From the NCBI GenBank assembly GCA_040902285.1, contig JBBDXP010000007.1, positions 1,042 to 65,041 on the forward strand: a DNA stretch of 64,000 nt. Direction: 5' to 3'. Position numbers and translations under genes: made by a program. The notes beneath the pieces are model-generated. The model made no database searches. It was not told the DNA's origin and saw only the letters and a list, made by a program, of their open reading frames with translations. This document shows positions 26,532-35,908 of the stretch, in pieces. Each line of letters begins with the position of its first letter. Positions within the stretch are counted from its first letter, which is position 1. The DNA is from Candidatus Spechtbacterales bacterium (GTDB lineage: Bacteria > Patescibacteriota > Minisyncoccia > Spechtbacterales > 2-12-FULL-38-22).

Positions 26532-27815
26532 TCATACCCGCAATAAACCTTCAAATTCAGCATCGTTTTCATGCGGACCTATGAGCGCTAAGTGTATATT
26601 GCCGTCTTTAAATATGTCTCCGGCAACCTCGACAATGTCTTGAGCATTAATTTCCTTAATCTTTTTTATGTACTCTATCGGGGTTATTATCTTTTTTAAT
26701 AAAATTTCCGATACGCCAAGTTCGTGCGCAACCGCGTGGGAGGCCTCTATTTCCAAAAGCGTTGACCCTTCGATATGGTTTTTGGCTTTTTCAACTTCAG
26801 TTTTTGCAGGAGGGTTTTCCGCTATTTTTTTAAATTCTTCAATTACAACTTTTATGGCCTCCGGCGCTTTTTCGTTTGCAACTCCGGCTCTTGCCAAAAA
26901 ATACCCAAAATCGGTTCCAAGATCGGCTCCGGCGTGTACATAATACGCCAGTCCCCTTCTTTCTCTCACTTCGTGGAAAAGCCGCGAACTCATTCCACCT
27001 CCAAGTATTGTCGCCAGTAAGTCCAGGGCGTATCTTCTTTCGTCGACAAGCCCAAAGGCCTTGGAGCCGACAACAATATGTGTTTGGTCTGTTTTTTTAT
27101 TCTGAATCAATATTTTTTTCCCGTAATTCAAATCTTTTACCGGCGGTTTTTTATACGGTTTTCCTTCAGGAATGTCTCCTATATATTTTTCCGCCATTTT
27201 TCTTGCTTCTTCGTGGGAAATATTTCCCGCGAATACCGCCACTATATTTCCCCCTCCGTACTGCTTTTTAAAATAATCCTTTATGTCTTTGGGCATTATA
27301 TTGGATACGGTTTTTTCTGTTCCTCCTATTTTTGCGCCTGCCTGTTGGTCTCCGTAAAGCACTTCTTTGAAAAGATCCAATACATGCCGTTTCGGCGTAT
27401 CATAATACATTCTTAATTCTTCCAATATTACCCCTCTTTCTCTTTCTATTTCTTCTGTTTTGAAAAGAGGATTTTTCAAAAAATCACTCATTACATCCAA
27501 TGCCACTTCTGTCTTGTCCTTTACCGTCTTTATGTAAAAACCTGTTATTTCATCATCCGTAAAAGCATTGTATTGGGCGCCCAATCCGTCTAATATGGTG
27601 CTTATTTTAAGAGCATTGGGATACTTTTTGGATCCCTTAAAAACAAGGTGCTCTAAAAAATGGGAAACGCCTCCGAGTTCCCTTTTTTCATAATGAGAAC
27701 CGGTACCCACCAATATTAAAGCGGTAACGGCGGCGGTGCTCTCAAGACGCGCGCTTATAACACGCACGCCATTTTTTAAAGTTGAAGTTTTATAATCCAA
27801 TTCCAGACCAGGCAT
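26532..27815 (-). CDS. M16 family zinc peptidase
   Basis: HFLEH, NAFT, GGGMSSRLFHEVRERRGLAY. Confidence 0.93.
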   Translation of the reverse strand: MPGLELDYKTSTLKNGVRVISARLESTAAVTALILVGTGSHYEKRELGGVSHFLEHLVFKGSKKYPNALKISTILDGLGAQYNAFTDDEITGFYIKTVKDKTEVALDVMSDFLKNPLFKTEEIERERGVILEELRMYYDTPKRHVLDLFKEVLYGDQQAGAKIGGTEKTVSNIMPKDIKDYFKKQYGGGNIVAVFAGNISHEEARKMAEKYIGDIPEGKPYKKPPVKDLNYGKKILIQNKKTDQTHIVVGSKAFGLVDERRYALDLLATILGGGMSSRLFHEVRERRGLAYYVHAGADLGTDFGYFLARAGVANEKAPEAIKVVIEEFKKIAENPPAKTEVEKAKNHIEGSTLLEIEASHAVAHELGVSEILLKKIITPIEYIKKIKEINAQDIVEVAGDIFKDGNIHLALIGPHENDAEFEGLLRV

Positions 27816-27880
27816 ACATTATTATTATAACATCCTTATTTAATAAATAGCCCCCCGGCTTAAGCTAGGGGGCGTAAAGT

Positions 27881-29236
27881 TCACAACAAGATTACTTCGT
27901 GTTCCTGCACAATGAGAACACTCCTTTGGGGAAACATCTCGGCCACCATAGAGCGGCGATTTCTCCCTGCGTGCACCGGAAGAATCTTTTGAGGATTGTT
28001 CAACTCAACGATCCTCTTGAGATCTTCTCTGTGCCCGTGTCCCGACACATGGAACATGCCGGACACAGCGCGTCCGCCTGCGTGTTCGGCGAGGCGGTGA
28101 GGCGAACCATCCGGCTCGGAAGCCAGATATATAGCGCACCCGGTTCTGGACAGTTTGTTCAACAGAGCTTCCACATCGGGCTCGTTGCCCGGAATGGTGC
28201 TTGCCGAAAATATCACCGCGTCCCTGGGGCCAAGCCGCAGAGGATGAGGCGAAATCTTTTCAAGGCGGTTCAGAACCGCGTTCGGTTCTCCCTGCGAGCC
28301 GGTAACAAATATTACCGCGTCGCGCGGCACGCTGTCATGCCAGGACTTTTTGGGATACCTTTTCAAATCAAGGCCGCTGATTCCCCTGCTACTGTGCATA
28401 TACAGGGAGCGCCCGTTGATGAAAATAGGCCTGTCCGTATGTTCCTCGACCATGCGGGAGATTTCCCACACTCTCTCAACATGCGAAGCGAACAAAGCGA
28501 CCAGAATCCTCTCGTGGTTGCTCTCGCGGATAGCGCGAGCCACCTCAAACGATGCTTCGTAGTCCGGAGGTGAAAACCCGTCCTTATCCGCACCTGTCGA
28601 ATCCAGCAAAAGGACATCCGGAGACCTGACCTCGGGCCTTTGAAGATCCGCTTCAAAGGTTTCAGTCGCGGCGATGAACCCCCGCCACTCGGAGTTCCCC
28701 CACAACTTGCAATCTCCAAGATACACAATGCGCTTGCCGCCGAGTTTAACGGCACAGCCCATGGCGCCCGGAATGGAATGTATAACCGGAAAGAAGAAGA
28801 ATTCGGCATCGCCCACGGTAAGGGTTTCGTACTCCCGGACAATTTCCAGAAAATCCTCAACTCTCTCGTGGACAGGAACCTCTTCCTTCTTCCAGCGCTC
28901 TATTGTCCTTATCACCCTTGCCGAATACTCGGAAACAAGAACTTTTGGCATGCGCTTTAGCGGGAAAGTTCTCTCATAAAACGCTCGGAATTTTCCAAGC
29001 GCTCCAATATGGTCCAAATGGGCATGGGAAATGAATATCGCCGCCACTTCTGTGGCTTTATCAATTATATGAGAAAAATCCGGCACATGTTGAGGACCGA
29101 ACTCTTCATCCCCATCGGGTATCTCCTGCCCGCAGTCAAAAATATATGCCTTTCCATTAAGAATCAAGACCTTGCAGTTCTTGCAGCCAACATCAGATTG
29201 GCCACCCAAAGATATAAACCGGACTTCGTCGGGCAT
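27881..29236 (-). CDS. rnj: RNase J-like beta-CASP metallo-beta-lactamase
   Basis: SHAHLDHIGA, HSIPG, GSQGEP, HVSGHG, PVHA; SD GGAGG; own promoter TTGCGT-17-TACAAT (29368-29396). Confidence 0.85.
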   Translation of the reverse strand: MPDEVRFISLGGQSDVGCKNCKVLILNGKAYIFDCGQEIPDGDEEFGPQHVPDFSHIIDKATEVAAIFISHAHLDHIGALGKFRAFYERTFPLKRMPKVLVSEYSARVIRTIERWKKEEVPVHERVEDFLEIVREYETLTVGDAEFFFFPVIHSIPGAMGCAVKLGGKRIVYLGDCKLWGNSEWRGFIAATETFEADLQRPEVRSPDVLLLDSTGADKDGFSPPDYEASFEVARAIRESNHERILVALFASHVERVWEISRMVEEHTDRPIFINGRSLYMHSSRGISGLDLKRYPKKSWHDSVPRDAVIFVTGSQGEPNAVLNRLEKISPHPLRLGPRDAVIFSASTIPGNEPDVEALLNKLSRTGCAIYLASEPDGSPHRLAEHAGGRAVSGMFHVSGHGHREDLKRIVELNNPQKILPVHAGRNRRSMVAEMFPQRSVLIVQEHEVILL

Positions 29237-29436
29237 TTTCACCCTCCTTTCTTTGCCTTAGGCAAAAGCATTGCATACATCCTTTGTATGCACCGATGGA
29301 CTTTCCTTTTAAGAAATGCCTATCGGCGCATACAAAAAATATTTTAAAAGTACTTAACTTGTGCCAAATTGTACCACATAAAACAAAAATACGCAATATT
29401 ATTGCGTGTTTTTACGAATTTATAAGGGCAACCAAT

Positions 29437-30408
29437 TTAAATGGGAAAACCTCTGTCCCGCAAAAATTCTTTAGGATTAGCAGTGGATGTGTCGGTATTT
29501 TGCGTCAAAATATCAACAAATAGTTCAAAACGCGCCAAAGCATCAGAAGGAATGCTGTTTCTCGGCATTTCCCGCATTTCTCTGTATGTTTTTTTGAATG
29601 GTTCCCAGCCAATTCTGTCTTTTAATTCCAATAAGTGGAATGTCTGCGGGTCTCCATGCCCGCCCGCCAGTTCGGCGGAGCCCTGAATATTTACCGTTTC
29701 CAATTCTCCCGATTCAATCGCTTTACTGCGATAATATTCTTTTATGTGCGGGTGCAGCGAAGAAGAACTATATTTGTTTCCACCCTGCCATACTATCATC
29801 TCTGGTATTACGTCCATTCCATATACCATTTTCCAGTTTGCAGACATTTCGGCATCCCATGTCCAAAAATAACCGTCCTGTCCGTCGCTATGCACGCTGT
29901 CAAAATTGTGCCCTATTTCGTGCAGAATTCCGAAAAGCCAATCCCCATTATTAACCTGATACAAAGCGTTTGGTATTCCATTGGGACTCCACTTTATAGG
30001 ATTTCCTGCGATCGCCCAATATTGAGCGTACTCATCTGTTTCCAGAATAACATTTTTTTCTCCCCCATAAGGGACTCCTCCCACCAAGTCTGATAAAGTT
30101 TCATAATAACGATCCAGTTGTTCCAGCCATTTCCCGCTGTTTAAAAGCATCGCCTGGTGTTCCAAACTCAAATCAAGAATAAAATGCTCACTTTCTGTTG
30201 CATCTTTGGGTATTATTTGTGTGGCGGGTATTTCTTCCGGCTTTTGTTCCCGGGATGCCTGTTCATTGTTTGGATTGGCGGTTTCAAGGCCTTGCGGAAG
30301 CGAGTCCGGCTTATTCAGCCCGCTATATACACCAAAGACGATACCGACAACAAGGGGCACTGCCACCAAAGAAAGAACGCTGATAAGCGCCCACTTTTTA
30401 CTAAACAT
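29437..30408 (-). CDS. Membrane-anchored zinc metallopeptidase (M60-like)
   Basis: N-terminal TM, LFGILHEIGHNF with downstream AEMSAN; possibly frameshifted from 30315-30545. Confidence 0.7.
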   Translation of the reverse strand: MFSKKWALISVLSLVAVPLVVGIVFGVYSGLNKPDSLPQGLETANPNNEQASREQKPEEIPATQIIPKDATESEHFILDLSLEHQAMLLNSGKWLEQLDRYYETLSDLVGGVPYGGEKNVILETDEYAQYWAIAGNPIKWSPNGIPNALYQVNNGDWLFGILHEIGHNFDSVHSDGQDGYFWTWDAEMSANWKMVYGMDVIPEMIVWQGGNKYSSSSLHPHIKEYYRSKAIESGELETVNIQGSAELAGGHGDPQTFHLLELKDRIGWEPFKKTYREMREMPRNSIPSDALARFELFVDILTQNTDTSTANPKEFLRDRGFPI

Positions 30409-30545
30409 TTTTGAATTTTTTGCTGCAAGTTCGCTATGACCTGATCCTTGTTCCAGCCATTTTTTATTAGTTCTTGGGCTATCTGCCCATCGGGCACATT
30501 TTGGCTACGCCTATCGTTTATATATTTTTGTAAGTTCGGGTCCAT
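30315..30545 (-). CDS. Short ORF, likely the N-terminal segment of the peptidase gene
   Basis: MDPNLQKYINDRRSQNVPDGQIAQELIKNGW helical segment; extended -10 TGcTAAAAT 7 nt upstream. Confidence 0.55.
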   Translation of the reverse strand: MDPNLQKYINDRRSQNVPDGQIAQELIKNGWNKDQVIANLQQKIQKCLVKSGRLSAFFLWWQCPLLSVSSLVYIAG

Positions 30546-30577
30546 GGTTTTTATTTTAGCATGGAAAGAATTATGAT

Positions 30578-31150
30578 TTACTTCTTATTTAAAATTTCTT
30601 CCAATGTTTTATCCGCACTTAATTTGACAGCCCATTTTTTTAAATATTCCATGTCAAGTTTTTCTCCCGAAATATCCAAAACAGATTCAATGTCTTCAGT
30701 GTGACGGGTTGAATGTGATTTCGCATGCCACAACAGTTTTATCAAGATTAAATCCTCAGGAGAAGTAAAATAAACCTTTTGCCCGTTTATATCTTTGGAC
30801 ATTCTTCTTGCCAAGCGAGATTTATCAAAAGGAGTATTTCGGGCGATCCAAAAATCAACCTTCATTCCTGTTTCCCCATCCACAAAATTAAATTCGCCAT
30901 CGTTTCTTATAGCATCTCGCATTGCATCCTCACTAATATATCCATGTTCTCCCAATTCTCTTAACGCTTTTGCCAGCTTATCCACGTCTTTAGAATCCAT
31001 TTCCACGACAGTATCAATATCCGCCGTATATCTTGGCCTCCCCCATACCACTACTGCCAACCCGCCGGTCACCATGTATTTCATATTCAATCTTTCAAAA
31101 ATTTTGGCGATGTCTACCAGGATGTTTCTTGGGTCTGTTGTCTCTTTCAT
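30578..31150 (-). CDS. Nucleotidyltransferase toxin, MenT1 (Rv0078A)-like
   Basis: YMVTGGLAV...PRYTADIDTVV, VDFW, SPEDLILIKL. Confidence 0.75.
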   Translation of the reverse strand: MKETTDPRNILVDIAKIFERLNMKYMVTGGLAVVVWGRPRYTADIDTVVEMDSKDVDKLAKALRELGEHGYISEDAMRDAIRNDGEFNFVDGETGMKVDFWIARNTPFDKSRLARRMSKDINGQKVYFTSPEDLILIKLLWHAKSHSTRHTEDIESVLDISGEKLDMEYLKKWAVKLSADKTLEEILNKK

Positions 31151-31280
31151 TTTTATTTAAATTTAATTCATCGGCCAAAAAGCGCATACCAAAGGCAAGC
31201 TCTATTTTTTTGTAAGCAGGCATGTTCATAAATATTTTATCCTGAATTTCTTGCGCTCTTTTTTGATGATATATTTTCAT
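31095..31280 (-). CDS. Small putative antitoxin, MenA1 (Rv0078B)-like
   Basis: 61-aa ORF directly upstream of and overlapping the NTase; MPAYKKIELAFGM resembles MenA1 AQKLRLALDM as recalled. Confidence 0.6.
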   Translation of the reverse strand: MKIYHQKRAQEIQDKIFMNMPAYKKIELAFGMRFLADELNLNKNERDNRPKKHPGRHRQNF

Positions 31281-31303
31281 GTTGTTTTCATTTTAACAAA
31301 AAA

Positions 31304-32242
31304 CTATTCAATAAACTTAAATGTGGAGAGAATTTGGTCCATATACGGATAGGTCTGTACCGAATCTGGATATGAAGCATAGCCCCCAAATATCATTTCC
31401 ACCGTTTGATCTCCTGCCGGTATGCGAAATACATAATTAATAATTCCTTGCCCCGCATAAAGACAGACCGGAACTTCTATGCCAGCAACGGTAACCGAGG
31501 CTTGTGACAGAGAAGCAAACTCGCATTCTGAACTAGTTGCATCCAATACTTCAACGCTTAAACGTCCGCCGGGCATGTAAATTTCCAAATTATTAGAATG
31601 TATCTCTTCTGAAGCAGAAATAGATACAACGCCAGAGGAATCCTTCCCACTCCCTAAGGTCCAAAAATCAGGGTATTTAAACTCAAACCTCGCAGATTCG
31701 TCGATAAATATTTCCCAGTCCGAAACATTGGTTGCTCCAGTTTGTGCGTTGGGCTTAAACACGTTAATTGTAGATCTGATTTTGTCATATAAATCATGTG
31801 ATGAATCCCCACTGACAAATTCTAGATACAAAGAATCATAACCCAATTTAAAATATGTTCTTATAAGATCATTATCAGCACCAACCAACGTGTATTCTAT
31901 GACCTCCGTACCATTTATGGTGAATTCTTTTGGTTGGTATCTTTTGAGAAAGCCGTCATCACTTTGTGCTATTGACAATTGTTGTCCGCCAATAATAGAT
32001 AGCGTAATGAGTTTTGTAGACAAAATTATTCCTCTTTCTGGAAATTTCACCTCAAACCCATACTCTTCATTGCGGTACTTCTGCCACCCGGCGAATTCAT
32101 CGTTTTGCTCTTCCTGTTCCTGCGGCGCGACTTTAATCTCATTAAGCAAATAATTTTTAGCAAAAAGCGCGACCAAAAGCGCGCTTGCCGAAATGAGAAG
32201 CAGGGTTGTAAGAACTATTAATACTATTTTGTGCTTTAGCAT
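31304..32242 (-). CDS. Membrane-anchored protein with tandem PsbP-like domains
   Basis: N-terminal TM; WQKYRNEEYGFEVKFP and WEIFIDESARFEFKYP; ends DQILSTFKF. Confidence 0.7.
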   Translation of the reverse strand: MLKHKIVLIVLTTLLLISASALLVALFAKNYLLNEIKVAPQEQEEQNDEFAGWQKYRNEEYGFEVKFPERGIILSTKLITLSIIGGQQLSIAQSDDGFLKRYQPKEFTINGTEVIEYTLVGADNDLIRTYFKLGYDSLYLEFVSGDSSHDLYDKIRSTINVFKPNAQTGATNVSDWEIFIDESARFEFKYPDFWTLGSGKDSSGVVSISASEEIHSNNLEIYMPGGRLSVEVLDATSSECEFASLSQASVTVAGIEVPVCLYAGQGIINYVFRIPAGDQTVEMIFGGYASYPDSVQTYPYMDQILSTFKFIE

Positions 32243-32275
32243 TGCTTTTATCTTAGCACGGTTTAAATACCTAAA

Positions 32276-33661
32276 TTATTTCCCCAAAGATGCAAAGTCC
32301 TCACCTTTGTAAAATTTGCCTAAAGTATCGCTTAGCATTTCGGCTTTAATGCGGATTTGTTCCATGGAGTCCCTGTCGCGAATTGTGACGGTATCGTCTT
32401 TTAAAGTATCGTGGTCAACGGTTATGCAAAGCGGAGTGCCTATTTCATCATGCCTTCTGTACCTTCTGCCTATCGCTCCCCCGTCATCGTATTGCACAAC
32501 ATAATCCGCTCTTAATTCTTCGGCGATTTTTTTTGCTTTTTCAACCAATTTTTCGTCATTGGACAGCAAAGGAAACACCGCTACCTTAACGGGCGACATC
32601 CAGCGCGGAAACTTTGCCACAACCCTTGTGCCATCTTTTACCTTTTCTTCTTGGTAAGATTCGAGCAAAGCCACAAGCAATGTTCTTTCCAGCCCGAAAC
32701 TCGGCTCTATGACATGCGGTATAATTTTTTCGTTTGTTTCAGGATCGGTATAACTCAAATCCTGGCCAGAATGTTCCATATGCTGGCGCAAGTCATAATC
32801 CGTGCGGTACGCAAGGCCGTATAATTCCTTTTTTCCAAAAGGAAAATCGTACTCAATGTCTATCGTGCGCTTGGAATAGTGTGCCAAATCATCTTTCGGT
32901 GTTTCATAATCGTGCACGTGTTTTTTATCTATGCCGCAATGCTGGAGCCATTTATGCATTTCGTCCAGCCAATATTTAAAATGGTCTTCCCATTCATTTT
33001 CGCGGCAAAAATATTCTATTTCCATCTGCTCAAACTCCCTTGTGCGAAAAATAAAATTGCCCGGTGTAATTTCGTTCCTAAATGATTTGCCCACTTGCGC
33101 TATGCCGAACGGCAAACGCACCCTGTTTGTATCAAGTATGTTTTTAAAGTTTACAAACATCGCCTGGGCCGTTTCGGGCCTCAAATACACCGCGTTGTCT
33201 TCATCAGCCACGGGGCCCAAATGCGTTTTAAACATCATATTGAACATTTTGGGCTCCATCAGTTCGTTCCCTTTAGGGCTTTTTAGTTTCATTTCTTTCA
33301 ATTTTGCCGTCATTTGCTCCAAACTCATTCCCCCTACATCGACGCCGGCCTCTTGGAGTAAATGGTCTAAACGATACCGTTCGTGCGTTTTTTTGTCCTC
33401 AACAAGCGGATCATTAAAGTCCTCCAAATGTCCGCTGGCTCCCCATACTTTGCTGTTCATTATTAAAGCCGCGTCAATTCCAAGCATGTCCGCACGCTGG
33501 CGCACAAACACACGCCACCATTCGGCGCGAATGTTGTTTTTTAATTCCGTTCCAAGAGGCCCAAAATCCCAAGAATTGGCAAGCCCGCCATAAATTTCGG
33601 AGCCGGAGTACACAAACCCTCTCCTTTTCGCCCACGATAATACTTTGTCCATTAAATCCAT
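32276..33661 (-). CDS. glyQS: Glycyl-tRNA synthetase, alpha2 (homodimeric) type
   Basis: YLRPETAQAMF, SFRNEITP...FRTREFEQME, IEPSFG, GRRYRRHDEIG. Confidence 0.96.
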   Translation of the reverse strand: MDLMDKVLSWAKRRGFVYSGSEIYGGLANSWDFGPLGTELKNNIRAEWWRVFVRQRADMLGIDAALIMNSKVWGASGHLEDFNDPLVEDKKTHERYRLDHLLQEAGVDVGGMSLEQMTAKLKEMKLKSPKGNELMEPKMFNMMFKTHLGPVADEDNAVYLRPETAQAMFVNFKNILDTNRVRLPFGIAQVGKSFRNEITPGNFIFRTREFEQMEIEYFCRENEWEDHFKYWLDEMHKWLQHCGIDKKHVHDYETPKDDLAHYSKRTIDIEYDFPFGKKELYGLAYRTDYDLRQHMEHSGQDLSYTDPETNEKIIPHVIEPSFGLERTLLVALLESYQEEKVKDGTRVVAKFPRWMSPVKVAVFPLLSNDEKLVEKAKKIAEELRADYVVQYDDGGAIGRRYRRHDEIGTPLCITVDHDTLKDDTVTIRDRDSMEQIRIKAEMLSDTLGKFYKGEDFASLGK

Positions 33662-33670
33662 ACTTATATT

Positions 33671-35320
33671 TTAATTTGATACCGTTGTTTCTCCTATATT
33701 TTGCTCCAGAAAAAGTCCCGTGTATGTGTCTATGCCCGTTAATTTTGTTTGAAGCAAAAGAACTGTATTCGCGCCCTTTGCGTTGGCAGGAGTCGGTTCT
33801 ACGCCTATGCTGAATTCTATTTGCTCGGCGGGGTAAATGTAGCCCAACCCATTTGCGGCCGTGTCCAGAGTCCAAACAACGGTATTTGTTGACGGCACAT
33901 ATCTTATCTCGCCATTGGTGGCGCTGGACTCCCCCATCCACGAAGCGTATGCGGGCAAAGCGGCCTCTATTTTAAGAGACCTTGCCGGATTTATGGTATT
34001 TTTAACGATCCAGCGCACGGTATAGGTTGATAGTGTTCCGGCCTGAGGAGGATGCGGTCCCTGCTGGGAAAACTTCCCTCCCCTATACACATCCTGCTCT
34101 AATTCCAAATCCGTAGATATCTTTAAACTTACAGATTCCCGCGCCTGTAAAACCTTGCCGTCTAAAACAATTGAATCGAAAAAGGTTTCCATAAAAATAT
34201 TCTTATTTTTATCAGATTCGCTTTTGGATATAAGACCCTCTGCAACATTGAACGAAACAAAAACGCCCCCGCTTTCGTCAATATCCACAAATTTAAGATC
34301 AGGCGTGTTTGCGACATTCCATTCAATAACGCTCTCGGCGGCGTTATAATCTCCGTTTGTGTACAAAGTAGAAAAATCTATCAAACCTTTTGGCAAAGAA
34401 GTTTTTATAATCGCATCCTTAACCAGAAATTCGGACTTGTTTATATAAAATATCCCCATTTCAACCCTGGTGCCCGCTTTTATTTCACCGTTAGGTGGAG
34501 ATAATAACCGATGTTCCAAAATAATCGGCACGTCTGTAATTTCAACCGTAGCTTCAGCGGAATTAAGAGGAATAAATCTGACTCCGTTCAGTATGCCGAG
34601 CTGGACTCCGAATACCGGGTTTTCTGTTTTCGGTAAAAGCGTGCCTCTGAATTCTCTTTTTATGGTCTGCCCACTCTTTAAGCTGCCTAATTGCCACACG
34701 GTATCGTAATAAAAATCAGTGCTCCTATATGTTATATTAAACCCCTCGGGAACATTCAGTTTTAAGAATATGGGAGAAATCTCTATATCGGAATTAGCGG
34801 TTAGATTTATGGTTCCTTCGACCTCCTGACCCTTATACACCTTTTTGGGCATATCAAGAGATATGGACGCGTCAAAGCTTCCTATCACCACCTCCAAGGA
34901 AGCCGTCGTGACAAATCTTGCCGAAACGCCTCTTGGAGAATAATCAACGCGAGCATTGATTATTTCCGTGTTTTTTATGCTGGAAGCGGTCAAAGAAAAC
35001 TCAATCGACTGTTCTTGACCCGGGGGCACATTGCCGAACCCCTCATCAAGTGCGTCCCTGCTCCCCGATATTTTAAGCGATTCGGGAACGTCAAACGACA
35101 AGTTTATCTCTTCCAACTCTTCGGGAGAATTATTTTTGACAACAATATGGAATTTTTCCGTTTTGCCGTTTTCTATTTGGGAAGGTCCTTCTATATGCAA
35201 GGACACATTGCGCGTAGAAAAGTCGCCCCTCTCCATCCACACAAAAACAGCCAGACCTAAAAGCGCAAGGAGAGATAGCGGCATTAAATGCCATGCTTTT
35301 AATTTAAATCCTATTTTCAT
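33671..35320 (-). CDS. Membrane-anchored protein with repeated beta-sandwich (DUF11/Ig-like) domains
   Basis: N-terminal TM, repeated beta-rich units with W..G.L motifs. Confidence 0.65.
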   Translation of the reverse strand: MKIGFKLKAWHLMPLSLLALLGLAVFVWMERGDFSTRNVSLHIEGPSQIENGKTEKFHIVVKNNSPEELEEINLSFDVPESLKISGSRDALDEGFGNVPPGQEQSIEFSLTASSIKNTEIINARVDYSPRGVSARFVTTASLEVVIGSFDASISLDMPKKVYKGQEVEGTINLTANSDIEISPIFLKLNVPEGFNITYRSTDFYYDTVWQLGSLKSGQTIKREFRGTLLPKTENPVFGVQLGILNGVRFIPLNSAEATVEITDVPIILEHRLLSPPNGEIKAGTRVEMGIFYINKSEFLVKDAIIKTSLPKGLIDFSTLYTNGDYNAAESVIEWNVANTPDLKFVDIDESGGVFVSFNVAEGLISKSESDKNKNIFMETFFDSIVLDGKVLQARESVSLKISTDLELEQDVYRGGKFSQQGPHPPQAGTLSTYTVRWIVKNTINPARSLKIEAALPAYASWMGESSATNGEIRYVPSTNTVVWTLDTAANGLGYIYPAEQIEFSIGVEPTPANAKGANTVLLLQTKLTGIDTYTGLFLEQNIGETTVSN

Positions 35321-35907
35321 TTTTTATATTCGGGGTACCGTTGTAATCCAAAAAAATTAACAGGGCGCTCAAATTTATCCTGCAACATCTTCTTAATGTA
35401 TATGTCCAGACGAGAAGCGGAACTTATACTGTTCAATTTCAATTTATCCGGTTTTAATCCCATCACCGCCAAAAGTGTAAGTAGCCATGCTTTCTCCATA
35501 CGCCATAAAATTTTCCCTGGGTCGCGGCGCTTTGCGGCGCCGGATGCTTCCTCTAAAACTCTCGTCAAAAGATTCCACAATTTTTCATCCCTTTGACCGT
35601 CCCGCAAAATTGAATCGCATATCCTAAAAAATGAAATAACAAACCCAAGAGCAAAAATATTGCCGGATATTTCACGATATTCCCTTACACTTTTTATACC
35701 AGAAAGTACATACCCTCCGCGAGTGGTAACAAACCCGCAGCGCACAATAGAAGGCGTATGCAAAAAATTGCCCTGCTTTGTTGTAATTTTTTTAGCTGCC
35801 CTGACTTTTAACAAAAGTTTTCCGAAATCTTTCGTATAAATGTTTATCAATTCGTCCGCTTCTCCGCTTTTTCTGGTATTTAAAATTATCGCGTCTGTTT
35901 CGTGCAT
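35317..35907 (-). CDS. recO: DNA repair protein RecO
   Basis: TDAIIL..RKSGEADELINIYTKDFGKL..VRAAKK. Confidence 0.85.
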   Translation of the reverse strand: MHETDAIILNTRKSGEADELINIYTKDFGKLLLKVRAAKKITTKQGNFLHTPSIVRCGFVTTRGGYVLSGIKSVREYREISGNIFALGFVISFFRICDSILRDGQRDEKLWNLLTRVLEEASGAAKRRDPGKILWRMEKAWLLTLLAVMGLKPDKLKLNSISSASRLDIYIKKMLQDKFERPVNFFGLQRYPEYKK

Positions 35908-35908
35908 A

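Noticed and set aside
27899-28960. Long antisense and alternate-frame ORFs over rnj (similarly over glyQS, ileS, trxB and 61272-61960)
   Set aside because: Shadow ORFs of real genes or of palindromic DNA, with no recognisable motifs.
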